DNA from: Cercozoa sp. M6MM
Taxonomy: Eukaryota; Protista; Endomyxa: Ascetosporea
Assembly (NCBI GenBank): GCA_040357565.1
Contig: JBDODJ010000102.1
Strand: one strand, 5' to 3'
Length of the DNA stretch: 40,880 nucleotides
Both the position numbers and the translations under genes were made by a program. This document shows, one piece after another, positions 12,401 to 23,626 of this stretch (the stretch's first letter is position 1; every line of letters begins with the position of its first letter). The notes under the pieces are model-generated. The model worked only from the letters and a program-made list of their open reading frames with translations. It was not told the DNA's origin and searched no databases.

Positions 12401-13730
12401 ACGGTGCAACGAAAGAGAGCGAGCTTCGTCCATCGAAACAGAACGTTACCTAGTAAACCCAATTGTCAACTAAGGGGTACACTGACACAGAACGTACAAC
12501 TGACCTTCTCGAGTGACCTCTCAGTTTTGTCCGGACTCGTGGACTCGCTGCTGTCGTTGCTGCTCACCACTGTGTCCTCCTCACTGCTCACGGGTTTGTT
12601 CGGACTGGCGGCACTCTCTTCCAGCAGCAGGTGCACGCGCACCGGCTGCGACAGCGCCGTGCGGCCGTTGTGCGCAGCGAATCGGAGCGACAACTGTGGC
12701 GACACTGACAAGTGCTCGCCTCTGGAGGAAGTGTTCTGCTGATTGGCTTTCCTCAAGGCGGCGCATGCCGAGTTGAGAGCACCCAGGGTCACGCACAGTC
12801 GCAACTGACGCAAGTCGACGTGGTACGTGCTCATCTGGTGCATCAACGACCCTCCTCTGGAACTCTCCTCCTCGTGCAGTGCCACAGGCGAGTTGGCCGG
12901 AAACTGCTGCGACCAGGCTGCCTGCCGCCTGCTGGCTCGGTACACGGCGTACCGCACCGCGCTGTCCGGTAGAGTCTTGGCAGTTAGCAGGTCGGTCACG
13001 CCGTCGAGATCGAGCGACTCGAGCTGATCAGTTTCAATGGCCAGCGGCGCGCGTACCGAGCCGCCATAAACTGCGGCAGTTTGCGAGCTTTCGTCCTCCT
13101 CTGTCTTTGCTGACTGCTGCAGATATTGCTGATCATGCAACACTTGTTGCTGATGCAGTTGTTGCTGATACAGTTGTTGCCCGGACTGAGACAGCGTCTG
13201 CAGCTTGTGCTGCTGGTCAAACACGGACAGCAGCGAAAAGCCGAGAGAGCACTGCCACTCTTTTGAAGGTACGCACAGCGCGAACTCCAGCGCCACCACG
13301 CAGCGCCGATCACGCACACGCGTGCGCAGCAGAAACTGACTGCGCGACGACAGCGGCGTGCTCACCGAGAGCAGATCGTCACTCAGCTGCTGCTGCGTGA
13401 CTGCACAGGAGGCCACTCTAGTTGTGCGACCAAAGAAGCACGCCGTGCAGGCGTCGTAGGGCGTTGCTCGCACCTGCAGTTTCAGTGGCGACTCGCCTAC
13501 CTTCGGCACTAAATCTCGCACTGCTTTCGGGATGGGAATGCCCTGCAACGACCCCAACGACACCAAAAGAACCGTCTCTGTCGAGGACAGCGTCGCCTTT
13601 GCAGGAACAGGCACACTCACCGACGTTTTGCGCCATCGCGCCTGAACAGGCAAATACGAGGCATTGCTTGCCTTGAAACCATCTTTCAGTCAGTCTACAA
13701 TCTGCGTACCTGCCAGACGGAAGCTTCCAT
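9431..13730 (-). CDS. NPHP4: Nephrocystin-4 (ciliary transition-zone protein), multi-exon
   Basis: MEASVWQARWRKTSVSVPVP start. Motifs match NPHP4 in order: FFGRT, CSLGFSLLSVF, YGGSVRA (cf. YHGTPRA), LRFAAHNGRTALSQP (cf. LRVGVHNGLGFVQRP), LGSTAFVCLVFRNPF, VSVVTDRSEF, VFVYADAF...VDASPAAG. Confidence 0.85.
10273..10323. repeat. 21-bp tandem repeat (CAAAGGATAAAAGATGTCAGT) x~2.5 in an NPHP4 intron
   Basis: Directly visible. Confidence 0.9.
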
Positions 13731-14099
13731 GCGCCAACTGACCCCTGGAGTACCGAGAAACTAGAGTATCACCGCTAGACCCGAGGCAGGAAAGTATGTC
13801 AGTCACTTTTTAAAACTGCCCGGGACTCTAATTCATCAGCTTCCGCGCGGAAGTGAGACGAGTTGACACACTGAACTGAGCAAGCTTCTAGTGTCGCGGC
13901 ACTCGACCGTTGGTCGATCAAGTTCCGTCGCGTAAACAAATCGTACTAATGTGGTTAATAATACACGCTAGACGACATACGATATCGTACTGTATCGTAT
14001 GCCGTCAGTTAAGATACACGACGAGACGGAAAGCTGTGGCGTGGCTTCAGTTGAAGCCTTTGGTGACAATGTTTCATCAATGTGGCACGACCAGCCAAG

Positions 14100-17000
14100 T
14101 TACTGGCTCGTTTCGGACACATGGCACACGCCATCGACGCACTTGTTGGGAACGTCGGCGCCATCGTAGTTGCAGTGACGATCAAGCGAGCAGCGACAGT
14201 GACTTCGCAGCTGCGAAAGGGAGTCAGTAGACAGAGCAACAAAGCAACAAAGCATAAGCCAAACATACAGCGCAGCCATCGAAAGCAAAGTCGCCCGTAT
14301 GCAACTGCGTGTCCTCACCGAGCGAGAACGACGGAAGCACGTAGTTTCGCGCCCACTCCGAAGCGAACATGCCTGCGAAAGTTCAATATGTATGAATTCC
14401 ACTAGCAAAAAAAGCAGTCGTTTTAAACGATACCTTGGGGGTCATTGCGGGATCGCGCACGCTCGAAACGCAGAGTCTACCAGTAAGATGCAAAAGCCTT
14501 GAACAGAAACAGCTGAAGCAATAAAAGAAAAGGTACGTCAATGGTCCGGAACTGCGACATGCCGTAGTCCATCGCCGCACGGAAACTCGAGTGAGCGTTC
14601 TTGCCTGCACAGTTAAATGCACAATTTCGTAAAATCGACTGCGTTTTGCTTTGTAAACAGATACACAATGTAAGGATACCGGTATGCAAGTAAGCCTGCG
14701 ACTCGCCGAACAGCGTGCTCTCCTTGACGACTTCGAACATGATTTGTTCGAAACGCTGTGAGAACATCGGGGTGAATGGCATTGCGCGCTAAAGCAGACA
14801 AAAGACGAAGAATAGTACGTTGCGCATCGACGACTCAATGTTCATGAGCGTCGGGTCAGTCGGAACGTGCTAAATAGGATACTTCCATCAGTTAAAATAA
14901 TCAAATAAGACAGGCTCGATGGTACCGAGGTAGCTTCGACACAGACGCGCTGTCCACGTCGCGGACCAAGGAATGCCACACCCGACGGATTCGTCAAACG
15001 CATCACGATGCTACAAACAGAAAGCACAGTGCGCGCATTGACCACTTGATACTGCACAGTGCAGGTACCTCACAGCAGAAGAGCCGAATGAAGCACCACC
15101 GAACTCTTCGTTGCGCACGCTGTCGAAAGCCTGTATATAAAAACACAATATACACTGAAGCAGATTCGACGTTGAAAAAAGAAGAGCATACTGCCAGGAT
15201 GTCGCCCAGCGACTCAAGCGGAACACAAGTCTCCAGGTTGATGTAGCCCCGGCCGAACTCATAGGCACAGCCCTGACGGTTCGGGTCGTCCTTCGCGTAG
15301 GTTCGGCTGATTTTATCGCAGCGGTTCGTCATCACGAGCCTGGGATACATAGGAGGTATGAAGAGAAGATTCATAAATCGTGACAAGAAACACACTGGTC
15401 ACGGTAGGCAACGGCAGGGAAAGACGAGACGCCGAACAGGTAGGGCGATGAAGCACCAAGCCTTTGCAAAAATAAAAAAGCATGCAGGAACAAAACACAA
15501 GGCGGATGAAGGCAAACAGAGTTTACATCTTTGGAATCATTGCATCGTTGGACTGCTTGACCCAAGCGGTAAAGTTTTGGTGAGCCAGTCTCGTCATTTC
15601 GTTCAGCTGTTAACAACAAATATACAGCTTCACGTAGCAACTTCGCAAAATGCCTGCGTACCTGCGAAGTTTCAGCAGCGATCATGTCGGCCGTCTTCGG
15701 CGAGAAGAAGTAGTTCACGGCCGTGAGATTGGCCTCGGCTGTACGAATCAATTACTAGCATCAGGTGGGATCGCATCAAGCGTGATGCTCACATAACTTA
15801 CTGTAGTCCGTGTCCTCAAGCGCGCCCTTTTGGTCGAAGCAAAAGACGAGGAACTTCTTGTGCGCCGGGAACCAGTTGAACTGGCCGTGCGAGCACTGCG
15901 AGTGAATCGTGTCGACCACCTCCTGCGTGGCGATTCGCACGTCCGTGTACTCGGGAGTCAAAAAGGTCGCGACTTCCATCACTTGGCGCGGCTGCAGTCG
16001 CAGAGTGACACTGAACAAACTCGCTTCAATACTAATAGGTAACTGTTTTGCTTATGGAATTGGTATACGAGAGCATGACGCCAAGAGTGCCGAAGTTCAC
16101 AGCAAGCTGACGAGCACGGTGGCCGGTGTACTCGCGGATCTGACCAGTGGCGTCCACGACCTCAATCGCCTCGACCAGCTCGTTCAGGTGACCGGATCCC
16201 TCTGCACAATGTACAAAAAGTACACATCGTTTCGTCAGTTCTCTTAAGCCCTTCAGTAGACAAGGAAGCAGTACTCGCCGAAGAGCCGTGAGCAGCGTTG
16301 TTGATGGCACCGCACGTCGACATAGGCGTGAACAGCGGCGCCGTACCGAAAGCGAGATCAAGACCCTCCGCGATCGCGGCATCAACGACCTGTGCTCACA
16401 GACACAGAGGAACAATCGACAGCACATCAAGCTAGAAAACCAATAGCTTTCTATTGTACCTCGTCGACACGCGTACCGCAGGCAACGTAGGCACGACGAG
16501 CGTGAGTGTCGATGCTGACCGTCTTGAGGTCCGAATTCGCCGGCAGGTCATCGTGCACCATTTGCAACTAAGCTTGATATGACAGGTTGCACAGCTCACA
16601 ACTCACAAATTCAACAGCAGAAGCTGAGTGTACCAACCAGTGCTCACGGTTGGCAATCTCCGCTGGGAGCTGGCGAGGCGCCAGAGCCATCGGTTCGTCC
16701 ACCGGACACCTGCAAACACAAATGAAATTTGCACACCAAAAGCACAAAACAAAGCCCAACAAATACCAACTAAACGTAGGACCCATGCCTCGGCCCATCG
16801 CCTTTACGAGGGGCGCATTTGGTGTCTGTTACAGCGTAAGCATCTGTTGCGAATCTAACCAGAACTAAAGGTGAGAAAGTACCTGCTGCGCAGCCTCTTG
16901 GATGATGGCTTGGACATCAGCACGCGAGTTGGGCTTGTAAAAACGGTCTGTTGATACAGTCCCAAAATCAACAATTCTTAACAGTCACCACGAAAGGCAA

Positions 17001-17213
17001 CAATGATACCAACGTTGCAGTTGGTGTCCATGCGGATGTAGGGACGCACATTGGCGTTAGCTTCGAAGGAAGGTGCAGCACTGGCCGTGCATGCCACCAC
17101 CTACAGTGAGGGTCGAAACATATCAACTGGGCCACGCTAACGCTCGTCACTCACATGACAACATGACACGTGTGTGGTGGTACCGACAGCAGGGCTGACA
17201 GCAATAGACGCAT
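14100..17213 (-). CDS. Secreted FAD-linked oxidoreductase of the aldonolactone oxidoreductase family, plant GULLO-type architecture
   Basis: Signal peptide MRLLLSALLSVVACTASA. FAD_binding_4 motifs YKPNSRADVQAII, AYVACGTRV, STCGAINNAAHGSS, VNFGTLGVM..VTLRLQP. C-terminus GMFASEW...DGCALRSHCRCSLDRHC matches the plant GULLO tail (GLFSSEW...GCALEGLCICSEDSHC). Confidence 0.85.
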
Positions 17214-17822
17214 TATTCACTGTATGAAGAAAGCACGTTGCGCAATATGCAAAGGGCAAAGCCAGAAGGGAGAACAAGCAAAGACCAACCCAATCAACAA
17301 GATGATGTTGTAAGTAGTACCTTGAGTGTGCGTTGCAAGTGATGATAGTGCGAGGGTTGTACTGGTACAGTAGGAAGACAAAAAAGAAAACGCTGCGAGA
17401 CTACTCGACAGGAGCGGAAAGTTTCGCGCGTGAGCATCATTCGACTCGTGAGTATCGTGTGCCTTTTGCACACAGGGTTGACCGTTTTCAGACGGTCAGC
17501 CAACCGCCCATTTATTGCGTTCAACCGTTTGGGACAGTAGTCACACTCCGAGTCACAAATCATATCAACTCAGAATCGATCATCGCGACTGCGAACGACG
17601 GGCAGGCCATCTGACTCACGGAGACTCATTCGAATCAATCGGCAACAGCCTTTGCTCTTTGGAGCATCAGGGGAACAACCCAAGAGCAGCAGGAAACGTT
17701 TCTCGCGCCCCCTTGAATCAGTTGTTGTGCAGCATTGCGTGTTACTTTGTTTGTTGGGCTGCTTGTGCAAGCTCGTTCTCTGTCACAACGTCTTGCAGTT
17801 TCACACGCCCGAAAACGCGAAA

Positions 17823-19269
17823 ATGGGTGAATTGGTCGAGTTCTTGGTACCACACTAGAGCGTTTTTCGGATGATCCGTGACTTGGTCGACACTTGCCTG
17901 TTGTGCTGCAGATTTTGCTGCTTGTGCCGATTGTCGGAGCTGCGAGCTACCTGCTGTGTGTTCCTTTTTTACAGTGCACCCCAGGTTCGTTTTTGACTGT
18001 CCCATTGTGTAGATTCTACCTGCCGGTCCTGGTTGTGTCCTGGGTCAAGGAGCGAATTTTCCAGCCTGCCAAATCCAAGGTCGTAAACCGTCGAGTTGCC
18101 ATTGTCGGTGCTTCAACGGGTATCGGTCGCGACACGGCAATCCACTGGGCCAAGCACTCTGACGTTTCTCTGGGTACAACGTCCCTATGTCACACGATAT
18201 TTCTCTGCAGTTAACATTGTACTTCTGGGCAGTCCTCCTGGCGCGTCGACAGGACGCACTGGAGGAAGTGGCGCGTGAATGCCGCGATGCCGGTGCCAAG
18301 TCAGTGACAGTGCTGGCATGCGATGCCAGTGACGAAGCTGTCATCACGAGCAAGCTGCAGGCTGCCGATGATGAGGCTGAAATCGACACGGTCATCGTGT
18401 GTGCCGCTGTGTCGGAGATCACCTTGTCGCGTGTGATCAAGGCGACTCCCGAGGAGAGTGAGCTTGATCAAGCCGCGTTGCGACTTCAGTTGCACAACCG
18501 TCTGTGGAAGGACATCACGCGTATCAACGTCAGTGCCGCCACCAACGCGGCGCTCGCGCTGCTGCCGCGTATGCGTTTGCGTCGCAACGGCGTCATCGTG
18601 TTGGTGGGTAGTCTCGCTTCGGTGGCACCACTCAGTCGCTACGGCGTCTACGGCGCCACCAAGGCTTGGCTCAGTCGCTTCGCGCACGGGCTCCGCGCCA
18701 ACGTGCGACTTGACAACGTGCATGTGTGCCACGTCCTCGTTGGCCCTGTCGCGTACTTTCCCTCTTTGTGTCATCTTCTTGTGCTTATACAACATCACGA
18801 GTGCATGCAGTACCCAGATGCATGTCAAGCGTGAGAAGCAAATCAAGGGCACCATTCTGCCGGCGCAGGTGGCGAAACACCTCGTCGATGTCTCATCCAA
18901 CGCCGACCTCACGGTAGGCATTCTTCGAGCTGAATATGCGTTGCTGTTCTGTGAATCACGAGTTTGCGTTGCAGTTCAACGCGGACACGACGACGCACCC
19001 GTGGTGGCAGTTTGTTGTGTCCTTTGTTTTCGCCCTTCCGCCGCAGTGCTTTGCCTGGCTTGCCAAGTGGTATCGCTGTTTCACACTCTCGGTAGTTTCT
19101 TGCTCTTCACTTTCGTGTCTTATGAATGAGTAGGCACTTGGTCCCTCCCGACATGGCCGAAATGCGCGACATGTCCACTATCGACACGATGTTTCAGCAG
19201 CACGGAGCGCTGCGCGACATTCCAGTCACTGCGCTCGATGTCAAGGAGAACGTCAAAAAGCTCCAGTGA
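17823..19269 (+). CDS. Classical short-chain dehydrogenase/reductase with N-terminal membrane anchor (DHRS7/11beta-HSD-like architecture)
   Basis: Hydrophobic N-terminus, VAIVGASTGIG Rossmann motif, VLLARRQDALEEVARECR, catalytic S...YGATK; TGA at 19267-19269. Confidence 0.9.
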
Positions 19270-20118
19270 GCGTCTCCGTCACTCGTCGTCTTGAGCCATG
19301 CTTGTGGAGAGCAAGCAACCTGTCAACGGTCGAACTGTCGTCGCGTGTCGTTTCACGACTGACTCCTATAGCAGTCCCGTGCGCGCATGTCCGGTCATTT
19401 TTAGAATTTGCCGCTGGTCGGCAAGCTCTGTACGCGTATAGTCGTAGTCCGAGTCTGAGTTTTGTTAGTATTGCTTTTTAAGCTTATGACGACAATGGTC
19501 AGCCGAGCGCGCTTCGCGTGCATGAAACAAACACATCCGATCTGCCAGCTCTGCTCGTCCAAGTGCATACTTTGTCAGCTTCAAAGCACCTAAAACCTCC
19601 CTATGTAAGAACCAGCCCGCCGTTCATTTTCTGTCATTTTGCCTCAAGCTGACGTGACGTGACCTGTGACATTTCGTTTCAAGCGTCGATTTGCCTGTTG
19701 CGCACGGTGCTAGCAGCACGACGTGTATGTTCGAGCCAAGTGAGAGTATCAGGGTCAGTTTCAGTTCAATTCCGCTAACGTAAGACCGTACTGTAAATTT
19801 AATATAAAAACTTAAATTGTAAGTTTAGAGTTTTTGGCATTCGCGACAGATTTAGTCCGGGGTCCGACAACGACAAAGCTATGCTGCTGAGCACGGACGT
19901 CACACAGGCTGATAGTCTACATGCACTACCCCATGCGAAACCCGCAACACCGCGAGAAACCGGTCACCACCAGGCTCCTTTAGTTGCAGAGGAACAGCAC
20001 ATTGAAAGCACAGTCCGTGTGCTGGCCCGAGAGTGCAGAAGAGCTTCTCTGTTGGAGTGGCAGACTCTCGGTAGTTTTGGCAGCCACCTGTGTTTTGCAA
20101 ATCGTCTTCCAACCTTGA

Positions 20119-23100
20119 ATGTACACACGCCGCGTGCTCAAGTCGCAGCGACGTGCCTTTGGTGTCGCCTCACCGCCACCGCCGGCGCCGGACTACTTTG
20201 GCAAAAAGAAACCGATTGGTAGATAACGTGCCTTTTGCAAAACTGTCTTGATTGCATGAGAGTAGTCGGTCACATCCCCATCATTGCCGAGAACGCCAAG
20301 AAGAGCATCCCGTTCGGCCTGACTACCAAACAACTCTTTGGTATTGCTTCACTGGTTTTGTTTGGTTGGGTTGGTGCATGCACGGTGTCTTGCGTACAGA
20401 GGAAGACGAACAGAAGCGCGAGACAGCGCGTTTGGCACTCCCCAGCACGGCTGACTGCGTTGTCGCTACGCGCAGTCCCGATCTCGTCAAGAAGCTCGTG
20501 TGTTGCTTTTTGGCATCAAAAATGTACTTGGTAGTATCGACGAACTCTGTCTTGTTTGAGCAGCTGCAGCATCAAACGCGTACGGGCGTTGCACGACGTG
20601 AAAATGGTACTGCAACTTTAACCTTATCGGGTAGTTATACCGCAAAAGAAGTATCTTAATCCATAGGGCCCATGTTCGATCTTTTCTTCGAGGAACTCGA
20701 GGCTGGAAACGAAGAGTTTCCGTCGATCGGTCCCGGTACTCTCGGCACCAACGGCGAGGTACTGTTGCTTTCAGTCTTTTCGCGTCTATCTGGTCAGTGT
20801 GTGCAATTTGACTGGTAGAGATGGCAGCGACTGCGTAGTGCAGTGGCACCGGTTCTTATGAAACCAAATGTAGCACTATTTTATTCGCCTGTGTATCTGT
20901 GCTTTTCTGTTGGTATGTCGGTGTCATTAATCAGGTGGCACCTACACTGGCGAAGCAATTCGCGCCGATTGCACGTGACTTCGTGCATCTCGCAAAGACT
21001 CGACGCGACGATAAGGCGCCTGGCGCGGTACCCCGTCTGATTCTTAGCGTGCTTACTATCCCATATACCGCACGTCTGTTTCGTAGGAAGATGTGTCGGC
21101 GTACATGTACGGAATCGATGAGCGTGAGGGCAAACTGGGCGTATCATTTGACCTGAATCGCGTTCTCATGGTACATTGGCTCTATACCTATTAAAATCAC
21201 ATCGAAGTACTTCGACGCAAAGGATGTTGCGTTGGAGTGCGTCTTCTACATTATCACGGATTTGCGTCTCGGAGGATTGCCTCTTCGTCCTGGGTAGAGT
21301 GTTCTCCTCGATGTACTTGAAACGCCTCCTTGTAACCCAAGCGTAGCAACACGCGAAAGGATCGCGGCGATGAGCTGTTCACGCCAAAGACGCACAAGGA
21401 ATTCCTCAACGCCGGTAGCGATAGGAAAAGAACACATGTGAATGATACAAAATGTCTGTGTATTAAGTGTGTTGTGTGCTAATGTGCCAATGTGCGCAGT
21501 GACTCTGTTCTTCCACGGCCTGAGTGAGTCGTTCAACATGGCGCCGTTCCTGCCGCTGCACCGTCTGCTGCGACGTTTCTTCAACCGCGGCGTTCCAGTC
21601 ATCGATGACTTTGTCCACAGCGGTCGCAAGGTATTTTACACGACCTTCTCTGATACGCATGAAACATAGATTTAATGATAATATGAGACTTGTTCTGTAG
21701 GCCATGCACCTGGCCAAGAAGGCAGTGTACGACTCGTTGCGCGTGCACCCGTTGAAGGAAGTGTCGGACAAGGAGCGTGGCACCTTTAACATTACCAAAC
21801 GTAGCGTTCGAGATATGCTGATGGACCACCCGACGCTGCCGCAAGAGGACGGTCTTTCGGTCCTGCTAGAGTTGAGTAAGTTCGTCTTTCCTTCCCACCC
21901 ATCATGATACACACTGCCTAAGCACACATGCGTTTGTTGCGCAGTGGTGGCAGGCAGTGACACTACGTCTACTGTGAGTATGTCAATCTCTGTTGATATG
22001 AGACACCTCTTCTTTACACCCACGTTTACAGTGGTCTGGTCGCTGTACCACCTTGCCACCAAGCCCGAACAGTTTGAACTTGTGCGCGATGAAGGTTTAC
22101 ACCTTTTATTTTGCTGCACTGCATGTTCTGTCGACTCTTTGTTTCATGTTTTGGAAACCAGTGCGAACTCTGTTGGGAGAAACGCGTGCACAAGGCGGAA
22201 GCGACTCCGAGATCGACGAGGTTCGATTGTTCTTTTGCCCCTTCCCCCTCACACACGAATGTCCTTTGTGTCAGCGCTTCGCGCAAAGCCTGCTCAAGGG
22301 AGCGCCTCGTCTTCGCGCAGTGTAGTGACACCTTGAGTTTTTCTGTCTGTGAGAACGAGTTACTGAGGGGTCTGTTTGGATGTAGTATGGAGGAAACTAT
22401 GCGCTTGAAGCCGACGATCGACACGGCATCGCGTGTCATGCAGGAGGACCTTCCGGTCACGGACTACTCAAAGGGTTGCCCAGTCACCGGCATGTTCGCC
22501 GATCCCAACAACGTTGGTGTATGACTGCTTTGCATCAACGTGAGTGTGTCAGACCTGCTTGTTCACTGCAACTGTTTTGTAGAGAGTGATTCCTAAGGGC
22601 GCGCTTCTGATGCCAATGCTGCGTTCCATGGTAGTATTTACCAGTTTCACAATTCCGCTGTCTGTCTGTTCTGAACACGTGCTGATGCTAACACTCAGGG
22701 TCATGACAAGCGTGTGTTTGGTGATGATGCCGAAGAATTCCAGCACGAACGTTGTACTTCGTCCTTTATTATTAATTTGCTTTTCCTTTTTATCAGTTCA
22801 CCCATATGTGACTCTCAAAGGGACCAAGACCAAGGACGACAAGCTCGCGTTCGACAGTCGCGGAACGCCTGGTGTTCAATTGTGTCCTTGCTACTGTGTG
22901 TTCGTGTTTGTATCACTGTATCTCGGCAGTGCGCTTTTTTGGGTTTGGCATGCGCCAGTGCATTGGTCGGCGCATTGCGACCACTGAAGTTCAGGTCATG
23001 CTCGGCTTCCTTCTGTAATACACCCCCAAAACGATTGTATTTGTAAACTTACATACGTGGCCATGCAGAGCCGAGTTGGAGGAGATCAAGCTGTTGCACA

Positions 23101-23274
23101 AGGAAGGCGTCAACTACGATCCCAAGGTAGGTTTACATCAGGTCGATACGCCATGTGTTTTCTTTTCGGCCAATCCTTATCACGCAGATTGCCGAAGGCG
23201 TGGTGCACAAGCCACTGCATGACGTGCGAGTGGCCATGCGCTTCCGCGACACCGAGGAAACTCAGACAGAGTGA
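20119..23274 (+). CDS. Cytochrome P450 with mitochondrial-presequence-like N-terminus and mito-clan-like motifs (~20 introns)
   Basis: MYTRRVLKSQRRAFG...PIVGHIP; C-helix NGERWQRLRSAVAPVLMKP; I-helix ELMVAGSDTTST; K-helix EETMR; FQHER (PERF-like); heme motif FFGFGMRQCIGRRIA at ~22930-22980. Confidence 0.92.
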
Positions 23275-23626
23275 GTCAGTCACGCAACTGAAACTTTCAA
23301 ACCCCCGGCCATCTCGTCTGCGCTAATCTCGTCCCGTCTCGATCTCGTCTTTGTGCACCGATACGTTCGCTTGCAGTTGCGTTTTAGTTTTATTTATTAA
23401 ATTTAAAATTTAGCGAAGGTGCTCGATCAGATCATCGCATGACGTGAGTCGAGTTCGGCTAAAGTTAGCGAGGGTAAAGTTACAAGTAGCGCAGTTTTTG
23501 CGGACTGGAAAGTCATATCCCGGCACCTCGGGCTGACCCAACATCGGCACTCGCAAACTGAAAATGGATGCCTGGACGCGAAGACAGAAGTCATAGTTGC
23601 CACACACCAAGACTTCTTCGAAAAAC

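Noticed and set aside
16210-16280. Possible GC-AG intron (GCGAGT) in the FAD oxidase
   Set aside because: The frame is restored only by the GT donor four nucleotides downstream (HGSSAKGSGH).
19881-20222. 113-codon ORF upstream of the P450, and the many overlapping antisense ORFs in the track
   Set aside because: No recognisable motifs; it overlaps the P450 first exon in another frame. Shadow ORFs are expected in GC-rich coding DNA.
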